Positions 9,363-19,934 are shown, counted from the first letter of the stretch. The stretch: DNA of 64,000 bases from Candidatus Thorarchaeota archaeon (GCA_046482545.1 JAWOEX010000032.1:64001-128000), one strand, 5' to 3'. A program made the numbers and translations. Notes: generated by a model from the sequence alone, not told the origin.

Positions 9363-10922
9363 CTATTGTTCCGCCATTTCTTTCATTCTTCTCTCAACAA
9401 ATTCGAGAACTTCTTGCTTTATCTTCTTGCCATTCTCGATGAGTTCATCCACTTCTTTCTGTGTCTTCTTGACGTAGGATTCATCCTCAATACTATCTAG
9501 ATTGATTCGCACATTGAGAGCCGCGCCTTCAATGGCGGCCATCAATGCATGAGCAGCTACGCCAGCATCCGTGACTGCATTGATGTTGCCTTTCTTGGCT
9601 GCAGGTACTGCGTTCTCAAGCGCATGGTATGATTTTCGCATAGTCTTGAGTGGAACTTCTGCAGCGTTCTTGGTGGCTTCTTGGATTTGTTTCTGTTTCT
9701 CTTTCTTCTCTTCTTCGGTTTCTGCTTTCATCCTGTACTTGGCCATTACTTGGTCAAAGGCTTCAGAGTCTTCTTCCACCAAACCCATGAGCTTCCCACG
9801 GTCAGTCTCTGTAGAATGGCGAACATCCAGCATTTCCTGCTTGATAGCTGCGAACTTCCGCCCAGTTAGTGATAGACCAGTCACCATGCAGACGAGTGCA
9901 CTTCCGAACGCACCCATAGCAGCTGCAACACTTCCTCCACCAGGAGTGGCGCGTGCCCGTCTAACTGCGTCACTGAATTCGATTAAAGACATTTCCGAAA
10001 ATGGCTTCTTCCCGGGTTCCTCGCCGCCACCTAGATAATAAAGATCCAGAATCATATCTTCATCAAGATGCTCAGGCTGCAGGTAGTAATTCAGTGCATC
10101 AAGGAGAGCAAACAGTGGCACCATGCCGATTATTTCAGTTTCAACAACTGTTGCACCGAATCTTCTAGCTTCATTCCTGACCACTTCGAGGACTTGGTGG
10201 ATTTTCGTCTTTTTCGGATGGATCAAATTGCATGATACCTGTACCATGCCTTTTTCGGGCAGGTCAAGCCCGATACCCTGAACATACACAAAGCCGCCAG
10301 TCGTGGCACGAACTGCATTCGCACATTCCTTCGCTACTTCAACATCGGTCGTATCGAGGTTCATGTTGAAGGCAATAAGATAGTGCCGTGCTCCAGTTGC
10401 GGTAGCTCCTGCTTTGGGATTGATCTTGTTGGGGCCAAAATCCGGTTCTTTAGTTGGGTCTTCGCCGATTCTTTCACTCAACGCTTCATATTCGCCCTGG
10501 CGGATATTCGGAAGCTCTTCCCGTTCAGGTCGTGTTGCAGATTCTGCATACAGATAGACTGGAACATCATGCTTCTCTGCAAACTCCTTCCCAAATTCCT
10601 TCGAGAGTTCTATGCACTCACCAATGGTTGTCCCGTGCAGCGGAACAAAAGGCACAACATCTACTGCGCCCATACGGGGATGGCCGCCTTCATGCTTGCG
10701 CATATCTATTCTCTCAACCGCTACATCAGCAGCTTGGTGTGCGGCTTCTTTGACTTTCTGAGGTTGACCAATAAAGGTAAAGACTGATCGATTGTGATCA
10801 TAATCATATTCGACGTCCAGAAGTCTTACGCCTTCTACACTTTTGATAGCATCACCTATGGCATCAATGACTTCCTTATCTCGACCTTCGCTGAAGTTGG
10901 GGACGCACTCCACGTAACGCAT
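9363..10922 (-). CDS. ftcd: Bifunctional glutamate formiminotransferase / formiminotetrahydrofolate cyclodeaminase
   Basis: Start MRYVECVPNFSEGR at 10922. DHNRSV and HPRMGAVDVVPF (FT domain); TPGGGSVAA and NVRINL (CD domain). Confidence 0.93.
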   Translation of the reverse strand: MRYVECVPNFSEGRDKEVIDAIGDAIKSVEGVRLLDVEYDYDHNRSVFTFIGQPQKVKEAAHQAADVAVERIDMRKHEGGHPRMGAVDVVPFVPLHGTTIGECIELSKEFGKEFAEKHDVPVYLYAESATRPEREELPNIRQGEYEALSERIGEDPTKEPDFGPNKINPKAGATATGARHYLIAFNMNLDTTDVEVAKECANAVRATTGGFVYVQGIGLDLPEKGMVQVSCNLIHPKKTKIHQVLEVVRNEARRFGATVVETEIIGMVPLFALLDALNYYLQPEHLDEDMILDLYYLGGGEEPGKKPFSEMSLIEFSDAVRRARATPGGGSVAAAMGAFGSALVCMVTGLSLTGRKFAAIKQEMLDVRHSTETDRGKLMGLVEEDSEAFDQVMAKYRMKAETEEEKKEKQKQIQEATKNAAEVPLKTMRKSYHALENAVPAAKKGNINAVTDAGVAAHALMAAIEGAALNVRINLDSIEDESYVKKTQKEVDELIENGKKIKQEVLEFVERRMKEMAEQ

Positions 10923-11024
10923 CTTCAATTCACTCTCTCCTTGATTATCATGCATCTGACGGTGCAATCGCCAAAAAAGCGTTTGGGATTGCTCCTTAGC
11001 CATGTGGTGAGTGAATATAATTCC

Positions 11025-11960
11025 CTATGTGGTATACGAGCCATAGTCAATGGCGTCCGTGGCAAGCACGTTTGCCTGAGCGGTCTGATACGCATATGCT
11101 GTCAATACGTTCTTGAGCAGCATGGTTATGGTCATGGGACCTACACCTCCAGGCACGGGCGTGATGTACTTCGCCTTCTTCTTGATCTGCTCAAAGTCGC
11201 AGTCTCCGTATGGCGAAGCTACATCTATGACTATTGCATCTTCTTTGACCATATCCTCTGTGATGAAGTACGGGTCCTCCTTTGATTCGCGGAGACCGAC
11301 CGCGGTTATCAGCACATCCGCATCATTGGTATAACTCTTCAAATTCTCGGTTTTGGAGTGACACACTGATACAGTGAGGTCACGGTTCAGGAGCAGAAAG
11401 ATGAGTGGCTTACCTACAATAATCGACCTATTGATGATGACGGCCTGCATGCCTTTCAACTTGACATTCAAGTGATCTAGTATAGTCACAATTCCCTGAG
11501 GTGTGGCCGCGGCTAGCATCTCTCCACCATGGAAAAGTCTGTAGATGTTGCGGGGAGCAAATCCATCCACATCTTTGTCAGGATCGATAGCGCTGATGAT
11601 ATTCTCCTTGTCCATATGCTTCGGCAAAGGAAGTTGAGCAAGTATGCCATGCACCTTGCTGTCACGATTCAACTCCTCAATTTTCATAATCAGCTCATCT
11701 TCTTGTATGTCAGCTGGCAGGTTGAAGTTCTTAGAGAGAATACCCACTTTCTTGGCCGCTCTCTTTTTGTATTTGATATACTTCTTAGAAGCGGCATCAT
11801 CGCCTACAAGAATTGTTGCCAATTTCGGCGGCAACTGATGCATCTCAGTTAATCGCTTGACCTCCTCCCCTATTTTTCCACGAATCTGGCTTGAGAGTTC
11901 GCGCCCATCGATGACGTTGCCATCGCAGAACGATTCGGGTGTGAAGTCGAGCGAAATCAA
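11025..11960 (-). CDS. folD: Methylenetetrahydrofolate dehydrogenase/cyclohydrolase
   Basis: YIKYK, QLPLP, KDVDGF, RSIIVGKP, TPVPGGVGPMT. Confidence 0.95.
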   Translation of the reverse strand: MISLDFTPESFCDGNVIDGRELSSQIRGKIGEEVKRLTEMHQLPPKLATILVGDDAASKKYIKYKKRAAKKVGILSKNFNLPADIQEDELIMKIEELNRDSKVHGILAQLPLPKHMDKENIISAIDPDKDVDGFAPRNIYRLFHGGEMLAAATPQGIVTILDHLNVKLKGMQAVIINRSIIVGKPLIFLLLNRDLTVSVCHSKTENLKSYTNDADVLITAVGLRESKEDPYFITEDMVKEDAIVIDVASPYGDCDFEQIKKKAKYITPVPGGVGPMTITMLLKNVLTAYAYQTAQANVLATDAIDYGSYTT

Positions 11961-11961
11961 T

Positions 11962-13560
11962 CTATATCACTCCGTGAATATTCCCGTTGTTGTCAATATC
12001 CATATCCTCGGCAGCAGGCTTCTTTGGCAGACCCGGCATCAACATAACATCACCCATGTACACAATGACGAATCCTGCTCCTGCGCTAACATCTGCTCCT
12101 CTGACGTTTACCCTGAAATCCTCAGGTTTTCCGAGAAGCTTGGAATTATCAGAAAGGCTGAATTGTGTTTTCGCGACACAAATCGGGAGATTACCATGGC
12201 CACGATTTTCAAGTGACCAGATTTCACCTCCTGCATTTCCCGAGTATATGACACCATCAGCACCATACACTGATTTGGCTAGCTTCTCAATCTTCGTCTT
12301 TATATTGTCATCGAGGCTATATGTGTATTTCAGATTGCTTTCTTTCTCCACAGCATCAAGCACGCTTTTGGCGAAGTCTCTTCCTCCTTCACTACCTTTC
12401 GCAAAGACTTCGGAGACCTCCATACTCCAACCGTTCTCCTCACAGAATTTTCTGAGAGACACGATTTCTTCGTCAGTATCATCTGGAAACCGATTGAGCG
12501 TAACAACGAAGGGAACACCAAATTCAGTAAGGTTTTCTGCATGTGCTTTCAGATTGGGAAAACCCTTGCTGAGGTCACCATCACCATGCTTCTTGAGGGC
12601 TCTTATCGATGTTAGAAGCACCGTGGCATCGACATCAAAATTTCCCGCCCGGGTGACAATATTGAAGAACTTCTCCGCTCCGAGGTCAGCACCAAATCCT
12701 GCTTCGACTACAACATAGTCAAACAAGCGGAGTGCCAGATCGATTGCAACTATAGAATTGGTTCCATGGGCTATGTTGGCGAATGGTCCGGTATGAATAA
12801 TGGCCGGGGTTCCTTCGGATGTCTGTACAAGGTTGGGTTTGAGTGCATCGCTGAGCAGAACCGACATTGCACCTTCAGCGTCGAGGTCTCTAGCGTATAC
12901 TTCATTCAAATCCAAGTCTCTGGAAACTAGTATTCCTCCAAGTCTGTTCTTCAAGTTATCGTAATCTTTTGCTAGAGCAAGAATGGCCATGATTTCGGAG
13001 GCTGCGGTAATGACAAATGTGTCTTCTCTCGGATAGCCACCAGATTTACCTCCAAGACCAACAACAACCTTCCTGAGGGCACGGTCATTCATATCGAGTG
13101 CTCTAGGCCAATATACCCGTCTACCGTCTATACCTACATCCGTATTGCGGTGTATATGATTATCAATGAGGGCGGATAACAGATTATGGGCTGAAGTGAT
13201 TGCCGGAAAATCAGCAGTGAACGATAGATTGATTTTGTCAGATGGTACAACTTTCGCTTTTCCACCCCCAGTAGCACCTCCCTTGATGCCAAACACGGGT
13301 CCCAGTGATGGCTCTCTGAGAGTTACTACTGCATTGTGTCCCAAGGCATTAAGAGCCATGGAGAGACCAATCGAGTTTGTGGTCTTACCTTCTCCAGCAC
13401 GTGTAGGGCTGGTTGCTGTTACGAGAATTAGTTTTCCCTTTCTTTCACCAAGCTCCTTGCGTATGCTCAAATCTACCTTGGCCATATGTTTACCATAAGG
13501 TTCAAGGTATTTGTCATCTATTCCTGCCTTTTCTGCTATTTTCGATATCTGAATCATCAT
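11962..13560 (-). CDS. fhs: Formate--tetrahydrofolate ligase
   Basis: PTRAGEGKTT, REPSLGPVFGIKGGATGGG, GPFANIAHG, EAGFGADLGAEKF, MPGLP. Confidence 0.97.
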   Translation of the reverse strand: MMIQISKIAEKAGIDDKYLEPYGKHMAKVDLSIRKELGERKGKLILVTATSPTRAGEGKTTNSIGLSMALNALGHNAVVTLREPSLGPVFGIKGGATGGGKAKVVPSDKINLSFTADFPAITSAHNLLSALIDNHIHRNTDVGIDGRRVYWPRALDMNDRALRKVVVGLGGKSGGYPREDTFVITAASEIMAILALAKDYDNLKNRLGGILVSRDLDLNEVYARDLDAEGAMSVLLSDALKPNLVQTSEGTPAIIHTGPFANIAHGTNSIVAIDLALRLFDYVVVEAGFGADLGAEKFFNIVTRAGNFDVDATVLLTSIRALKKHGDGDLSKGFPNLKAHAENLTEFGVPFVVTLNRFPDDTDEEIVSLRKFCEENGWSMEVSEVFAKGSEGGRDFAKSVLDAVEKESNLKYTYSLDDNIKTKIEKLAKSVYGADGVIYSGNAGGEIWSLENRGHGNLPICVAKTQFSLSDNSKLLGKPEDFRVNVRGADVSAGAGFVIVYMGDVMLMPGLPKKPAAEDMDIDNNGNIHGVI

Positions 13561-13750
13561 TCTCCTACTCCATAGCTAGACGCCGGTATTTAGAGTGTAC
13601 GTTACGAAACACTGTATCCATCTGCGTGAACTTGACAAATAAAGCCAGCTAAATAAGATATGTTACAGAATTCGGGTTTTGTCCTTGTCCGAAAGTCACT
13701 CCAAAAGGAAATAAGACCCTACTACTACTGAAATGCTCGGAAGGATTACG

Positions 13751-15058
13751 ATGGAGAAGATTCCATTTGATGCAATGCCTGATGCGATGCCCGACGCACT
13801 GAATTTTGAAGATTATATCATAGGTACCTACTATGTGGGATTACCGCCGTTCATGGACGCACGAGATGTAGCTCACGCTGCTGCGATTGAGCAGTCCACG
13901 GGAACTTGGACGATGGTACCCGGAGAAACGGTTGAAGTCAGGAAACGACATGTGGCAAAGGTTATCGGCATATATGAAGTACCATACTACGAATACAGCA
14001 AACCTAGTGATTTGGAACGGCGAGAATACATAATTCAGGTGGCTTTTCCCCACGAAAATTTTGGGCCACAGATTCCGATGTTACTCAGTACAGTGATCGG
14101 CAATATCTCTATGGGTGGACGTATCAAATGTTTGGATCTCCGTTTTCCGAAAACATGGCTCAAGGAGTTTTCAGGTCCGAAATTTGGTATGCAAGGTCTG
14201 AGAAAACTACTGGGTGTAAAGGAACGCCCTCTTCTCAACAACATGATTAAACCATGTGTCTACACCTCGGCGGAAATGGGTGCCGAGCTCTTCTATGAAG
14301 CGGCAGTGGGTGGATCCGATATAATAAAGGATGATGAATTGCTTGCCGATCCGCATTTCAACACACTGGAAGAGCGAGTTACCCTCTTCATGGAAGCTGC
14401 AGATAGAGCTGATGAGGAGAAAGGCGAGAAGACACTATATACGGCAAATATCACAGACCGGGTTCCGAAGGTCTTGGAGAATGCTGAAAGGGCACAAGAG
14501 TACGGTGCTAATGCTCTGATGGTGAACTTCTTGGCAGTTGGATATTCTGCCTTCAGAGCCGTGTGTGAGGATGAATCTGTGAAAGTGCCAGTCTTGGGTC
14601 ATATGGATATAGCAGGTGCGTTGTATGAATCCCCCATATCTGGAATTGCATCAAACCTTGTCATTGGTAAGTTTCCACGTCTGTGTGGGTCTGATATTAC
14701 TGTGTTTCCCGCCCCATATGGCAAGGCTCCCATTCTAAAGGAACGATTCCTAGGAATGGCACATGAAATGGTCATGCCTTTCCACCACATCGAACAGAGT
14801 GCTCCCATGCCAAGTGGCGGAATCTCTCAGGGGATGGTCGAAGAAGTAATGGACGATCTTGGCCCGGATATTGTCATTGGATCCGGTGGAGCAATACACG
14901 CACATCCTGATGGCCCAAAGGCAGGAGCAACAGCTTTCAGACAAGCAATCGATGCTAAGATGGAGGGTATCCCTGTTGGAAAATACGCTAAAGAGCATGA
15001 AGAATTGAAAGTTGCGCTCGAATCTTGGGGTTCAGGCAAGACTGGGTTCGCACTATAG
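13751..15058 (+). CDS. RuBisCO-like protein (form IV)
   Basis: EQSTGTW, GNIS, KDDE carbamylation motif, PSGG, HAHPDG. Has IKPC instead of IKPK and HMD instead of HRA, so not a carboxylating RuBisCO. Confidence 0.92.
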   Translation: MEKIPFDAMPDAMPDALNFEDYIIGTYYVGLPPFMDARDVAHAAAIEQSTGTWTMVPGETVEVRKRHVAKVIGIYEVPYYEYSKPSDLERREYIIQVAFPHENFGPQIPMLLSTVIGNISMGGRIKCLDLRFPKTWLKEFSGPKFGMQGLRKLLGVKERPLLNNMIKPCVYTSAEMGAELFYEAAVGGSDIIKDDELLADPHFNTLEERVTLFMEAADRADEEKGEKTLYTANITDRVPKVLENAERAQEYGANALMVNFLAVGYSAFRAVCEDESVKVPVLGHMDIAGALYESPISGIASNLVIGKFPRLCGSDITVFPAPYGKAPILKERFLGMAHEMVMPFHHIEQSAPMPSGGISQGMVEEVMDDLGPDIVIGSGGAIHAHPDGPKAGATAFRQAIDAKMEGIPVGKYAKEHEELKVALESWGSGKTGFAL

Positions 15059-15147
15059 GCACTTGGAATAGCGCTTCCGATAACGTGGAATCACCTTCGA
15101 GCGTAGACTGCCCGCAGGTTCTTTGTTAATTCGCCATGGCTTAGTGC

Positions 15148-16773
15148 TTATTCCTGGTTAAGGGCCTTCCAAAGTCCCTTGTTCTTCTTGTAGTACTCCT
15201 TTAGAATTTCGTACAATCGATCGTACATGCTGGCATTAGCAGAATCTGGTTCGAATTCCTTGTCTGTGTCTACTCTTTCTGAAACAGTTGCAAAATCCGC
15301 GATTTCTCCCAGCCCGACCCACGCAACCATAGCTGCCCCAACGCTTCCTGCTTCCAAGTAGTGTTCCATACGATATACTGGTTTCTTGAGTATATCCGCG
15401 TAAATCTGGCACCAGATATCCGAATTTGCACACCCGCCAACCATGTTCACGCTGTCAACCTTGCCGAGCATTCTACGTTTCTCAACGCCTTCCATCATCC
15501 ATCGTGCATGATAGGCCGTACCCTCCATGACTGCACGTATCATATCTGCTTTGTCATGTGAAAGGGAGAGATTGAAGTAACCTCCACGAACATTATGGTC
15601 GTCTAGTGGTGTTCTTTCTCCAAACATCCATGGGGCAAAGAGTAATTTCTTGGATCCTGGTGGTGACTCTTCAGCGACGGCATCGAGTGTCTTGAACGGA
15701 TTCCGCTCACCGTTCCGGCATTTGGCGCATATCTCTTCGGCAGCACCCTTCACTCTTCTACACAGGTCACAATGCCAGTTCTCCCGTACGTGTTTAAGGC
15801 ATGCCCCCGCTGATTCCTGTTCTGCTATCATCAAGTACTTGCCAGGTATAGCGCTTCTAATTGAGCCGGTGTACGTGGAAATGTCCAGTTTCCGTTTCTT
15901 CACATGAGCCCCAAGCCAAGCAGAGGAACCAGCATAGAGGTGTACTTCTTTATCTCTTACAGCCCCAGACCCCACAGCAGCGGCTGTCATATCTCCACAC
16001 CCATTTACCACTACAGTCGAAGTAGTTAACCCCAAGTCCGAAGCTGCCTTCTCTGTAAGATGTCCAACGACCGCAGTCGATGGTGCCAATTCAGGTAACA
16101 TGTCCTTACCAATACCCATCCACCCCAGAATGGTATCTGACCATTCATTCTTTCCGGAGCGCGTATTCATGCACCACGTTAGGTTAGCGCAATCCCAAGA
16201 AGTAACAAATTTACCTGTGCTACGATGCACAAGGTAGTCCTTGCAATCGAGGAATTTATGAGTTCGCTCATAGATTTGAGGTCTCTCTTGCTTCACCCAG
16301 AGAATTTTCCCGATGATATCCTTGGCAGACGGCAGTCCCCCGGTTTGCCAAAGCATGCGCATCATCCTTATCGGGCCGGCTGCAATTTCCTTATTCTGCT
16401 TGGCTGCGCGGGTATCCATCCATGTCATACAGTTCATGAGAGGCTGCCCATGCGAATCGACAGGTATTGTACCCATCATCTGGGTGGAAAATGTGACAGC
16501 TGCCACATCCATGGGAACTGCATTGGACTTTGTCATCACGTCTCGGGATGTCTCAGTGATGGCACGCCACCAGTGCACATCAGGATTCTGTTCGGCGAAA
16601 CCTTCTGCAGGATAGAGCACAGGATAATCGCTAACTGCCGAAGCTACAATATCTCCGTTGATATCCACGAGGGAGGCCTTGTTCCCGCCCGTTCCCACGT
16701 CGTGCGCAAGTACATAGTTGCTCAGCGTAAGCACCTCAATAATAGACTGATGGCAATTCACACGATAAGACAA
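15148..16773 (-). CDS. FGGY-family carbohydrate kinase (xylulokinase-like); true start probably about 50 nt inside the ORF
   Basis: LAHDVGTGGNK, EQNP, WMDTRA, GERTP, RAVMEG, VGGCANS. Confidence 0.92.
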   Translation of the reverse strand: MSYRVNCHQSIIEVLTLSNYVLAHDVGTGGNKASLVDINGDIVASAVSDYPVLYPAEGFAEQNPDVHWWRAITETSRDVMTKSNAVPMDVAAVTFSTQMMGTIPVDSHGQPLMNCMTWMDTRAAKQNKEIAAGPIRMMRMLWQTGGLPSAKDIIGKILWVKQERPQIYERTHKFLDCKDYLVHRSTGKFVTSWDCANLTWCMNTRSGKNEWSDTILGWMGIGKDMLPELAPSTAVVGHLTEKAASDLGLTTSTVVVNGCGDMTAAAVGSGAVRDKEVHLYAGSSAWLGAHVKKRKLDISTYTGSIRSAIPGKYLMIAEQESAGACLKHVRENWHCDLCRRVKGAAEEICAKCRNGERNPFKTLDAVAEESPPGSKKLLFAPWMFGERTPLDDHNVRGGYFNLSLSHDKADMIRAVMEGTAYHARWMMEGVEKRRMLGKVDSVNMVGGCANSDIWCQIYADILKKPVYRMEHYLEAGSVGAAMVAWVGLGEIADFATVSERVDTDKEFEPDSANASMYDRLYEILKEYYKKNKGLWKALNQE

Positions 16774-16821
16774 ATAGCTTTCGGGCCGAGCTGTTTGTGT
16801 GGACCTTTATCACCCTGATTA

Positions 16822-18036
16822 CTACAGTAATACCTGCTCGGTGTTACCCTCATGGTCTGTTGATTCGATGATGAGCGGCGATCCCTCGCCCCCAATTTCT
16901 TCCATCTTGAGTTGTTCTTGCATAAGACCTAGGAAATCAAGCGGATCTATACAACCCTCGGGTGGCAAAACTCCTTTCTTCTCAATTTTGCCCCGTAACA
17001 TCAATATCACGCCAAGTGCAGCCGGAATGCCGGTACCCTCACCCATTGATTGACCTTTTGAAGCAAGCCAAAAATCAAAGCGATGCTTCTTACCTTCCAT
17101 CAGTCCTTTCATCGTAATCTTTAGGCAGCCTTTCTGTTCGCCAAAACCCGTCCGCCGAAGAATCTTCTCACGTTGATTAAGAACATACGATATTGCAAAT
17201 TCGAGAGGAGAAATTTTGTGACCGGAGACATCGATTGGTTCTTCCTCGGTTATCCCAAGACGTACAATATCTCGGATGATGTCGTAATATTGGTCTGGTA
17301 GCACGCAGCCAAGATTTGTTACCCTGTTGCAGTCAATCCATTGAGGCAAGGTTATGGTTTCAGGATGTGGGTATGGATAGGACTTGTGAATACCCACCAT
17401 CTTGTAATCCACTTCTTCTTCCAAGGCTTTTCCATCCTCCCCAAAATATCTGACCGTTGTAAATTCACCATCTAGATACATTGGTATGTTCGCTTGCATA
17501 CTGTGTATTCGATGAGCTACAACAGCCCTCCCCTCGGTTGGCTCACCGCCATGAGCGTGATAAATATCAATTGAGTCTACTGAATCGAGCATATGATCGG
17601 CACAAAATTTGGCCAGCAGATTGGCTATGCCCGGAGAACTGCCCATTCCGGTAAGGGCACATATATCAGCCCGCTTTGCTTCTTCATCCATGTCCAATAT
17701 TTTTCTTGTTGCATCGAAATCATCACAGACATCAACATAGTCGATACCAGTATCGATTACTCCACGAAGAATACCTGGTCCAAATCGATAGAATGGGCCA
17801 CAAGTGTTGAGAACGACATCAGCATCTTGTATTGCTTCTTCTAAGCTCTCCGGCACGGTTACATCGACTTTTCGCACCGAGCATAGATCCGCATCAACTG
17901 CTTCTGCACGTTTTCTTGCCGCATCTTCCCGTATATCTGCTATGATGATGCTTGAAACTTCGTCGAAGGAAGCAAGAGTTTCTACCGCAATGCTCCCAAC
18001 AGTACCGCATCCGCCGAGAACCACCACACGTGACAT
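16822..18036 (-). CDS. Saccharopine dehydrogenase-like NAD(P)-dependent oxidoreductase
   Basis: VLGGCGTVG Rossmann motif, NTCGPFYRFG, YVDVCDD, GMGSSPGIAN, HPETITLP, GVLPPE. Confidence 0.88.
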   Translation of the reverse strand: MSRVVVLGGCGTVGSIAVETLASFDEVSSIIIADIREDAARKRAEAVDADLCSVRKVDVTVPESLEEAIQDADVVLNTCGPFYRFGPGILRGVIDTGIDYVDVCDDFDATRKILDMDEEAKRADICALTGMGSSPGIANLLAKFCADHMLDSVDSIDIYHAHGGEPTEGRAVVAHRIHSMQANIPMYLDGEFTTVRYFGEDGKALEEEVDYKMVGIHKSYPYPHPETITLPQWIDCNRVTNLGCVLPDQYYDIIRDIVRLGITEEEPIDVSGHKISPLEFAISYVLNQREKILRRTGFGEQKGCLKITMKGLMEGKKHRFDFWLASKGQSMGEGTGIPAALGVILMLRGKIEKKGVLPPEGCIDPLDFLGLMQEQLKMEEIGGEGSPLIIESTDHEGNTEQVLL

Positions 18037-18121
18037 GGCTCAAGCAAGGAGTAACTCATGTATATAGGTATGTCGAGATTGATAACTTGATTCTGCTTGT
18101 GTTTTAGTAGAGATAAACCGA

Positions 18122-19333
18122 TTATTCCCTCGTTCTTATCATCACTAGAATGACTGCTGCAACAGCAAACACGCTGAGGGCTGAAGATACGAGTACATAA
18201 GGCGTACCTAATCCACCAAAAATGCTGTACATAACGATTACACGTACGCTGTCACTTCTTTGATTTCCTCCCCAGTCCGTCAATACAATAGTACAATTGT
18301 GAACACCATATGGCAAATTATCAACTTTGAATGACAGCTTGTTGTTATGCCAATCCAGTGGCTTCATTGTTACGTTATTTCGGATTATCCGTATTGACCG
18401 AGGGTAATCATCTGAGAAAGACCAATTGATCGCAAATCCCTTGGAGCCGTACTCGTATGTTATATCTTCGGGAGAATTAACCTGCGGTGGCTCCTCGTCT
18501 TCTAGCAAAGCAGGATGATAATCAACTGAGCTCGCATTGCCTGAAATAGGGTAGGTTTCGTTTCCGTCGTAATTCGCCCACGAATTGCCTTGAGTACTTT
18601 CGTTCCATGAATTATCCTGTCCCTCATCTTGTGCGTTACATGTTCCAGTCCAATCTTCATTCCAACCAATCGAGTTCTGGAAAACCGTACATCGATTGGC
18701 ATGGGGCCCAAGTGAGATACCCGCTATTTTATTTCCAAACACGCGGTTAGACTGGAAAATACAATTTTCCGATTCATACACCTTAACTCCAAAATTACAT
18801 CGATAGGCTGCACAATTATGCAACATCGAATTACCCACCTGTCGGAATAGAACCCCCGTATTACAGTTGTATATGCTACAATCAGTTACCTCGCAACCAG
18901 AGGAATTTTGAAGATGAATTCCCCATTCCATATCACCAATTGTACATTCTTCTATTAACGCATTTTTCACATCAACCAAACGAATACCCACGGCATCGTC
19001 CCCCTCTTTTGCTTCCAATGTACAGTTCCGTATAACGAAATGCACATCTACATTCACTACTTCAATGGACGCAGGCATACCGCTAATGTACAAATTTGCA
19101 ATAACATAGGGGTCTTCTTGAGTTCCAGCCCCTGGCCAGCCTTGATTTTCAAAATCAACATTTTCCGTTATTACGATCGGCGTGTCTGAACCGGGTTGTT
19201 GTTCAGCAATGAGAGTTGCGGTTGTTGGTACATCTACTGCTTTTCCCGATGCAGGCAATACGAGCAATAGAATATAAAGAATGGATACTATCAGACACGT
19301 CGTTCTTCTGCTGTGAAGCTTAATCATGTACAA
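18122..19333 (-). CDS. Cell-surface parallel beta-helix (NosD/CASH-like) protein with Ig-like domain and C-terminal TM anchor
   Basis: Signal peptide, WPGAGTQEDPYVI, repeated GI.L....C.I..C units, GNSWANY, C-terminal hydrophobic helix. Confidence 0.85.
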   Translation of the reverse strand: MYMIKLHSRRTTCLIVSILYILLLVLPASGKAVDVPTTATLIAEQQPGSDTPIVITENVDFENQGWPGAGTQEDPYVIANLYISGMPASIEVVNVDVHFVIRNCTLEAKEGDDAVGIRLVDVKNALIEECTIGDMEWGIHLQNSSGCEVTDCSIYNCNTGVLFRQVGNSMLHNCAAYRCNFGVKVYESENCIFQSNRVFGNKIAGISLGPHANRCTVFQNSIGWNEDWTGTCNAQDEGQDNSWNESTQGNSWANYDGNETYPISGNASSVDYHPALLEDEEPPQVNSPEDITYEYGSKGFAINWSFSDDYPRSIRIIRNNVTMKPLDWHNNKLSFKVDNLPYGVHNCTIVLTDWGGNQRSDSVRVIVMYSIFGGLGTPYVLVSSALSVFAVAAVILVMIRTRE

Positions 19334-19391
19334 CCCCTCTCATCTGTAGTATCATGAAGCAATACTCGATTTATACATTTTGAGCCCATCT

Positions 19392-19934
19392 TCATCTCAA
19401 CCTTTCTGCATGTATTTCGTTCATTCCCAGCATCTTGGCGAAGTGGTCTTTATTCGTGAGATTGAGAATCACAAGGTCATTTCCTTTGTTAATGTGTTCT
19501 ATTCTAAAGGCGAGTTCCAATGACCTTGGAAAGAAGCTATAGATACCCAAGAATGTCAAGATGACGAGTATCGCCAACAATCCAATAATTGGCGCCAGCA
19601 AGGGATTTCCGAATCTTACAGCAGATATGATTTCGAGTAATGTATACAAAAATGGATAGAAGAGCAAAAGCAATCCACATATTCCAATATATTTCTCGCA
19701 TTCGGTTCGAACGTTGCAGTGGGCAGCACAACATGGAACGCATATGATTATAGCTCCACGGATGGCCTCTAGGCTGAGAGCAAGTTCATTGTTACCACTG
19801 TTCCATACGCTGCTTACCCTTTCAGCGAAACGCCCCGCGTTCTTTCTTTCATAAGCTATAATTGGCACGAGGTCATCAGCCTGTTCCATTCATACCGGAA
19901 AAACCTCCGGCAACTTCAACTTTGAGAGTTTCAT
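19392..19934 (-). pseudogene. Probable decayed zinc-ribbon membrane protein (track ORF 19392-19889 plus an in-frame upstream part interrupted by TGA)
   Basis: In frame from ATG 19934: MKLSKLKLPEVFPV*MEQADD..., later VPCCAAH and two TM helices. Confidence 0.5.

Noticed and set aside
11987-12718. 243-aa plus-strand ORF, and similar long antisense ORFs such as 62064-62927, 47643-48245 and 16225-16818
   Set aside because: Shadow frames opposite well-supported genes, with Ser/Pro/Thr-rich non-protein-like composition.
13751-15058. CO2-fixing RuBisCO (form III)
   Set aside because: The K177, R295 and H327 equivalents are substituted, which fits form IV.
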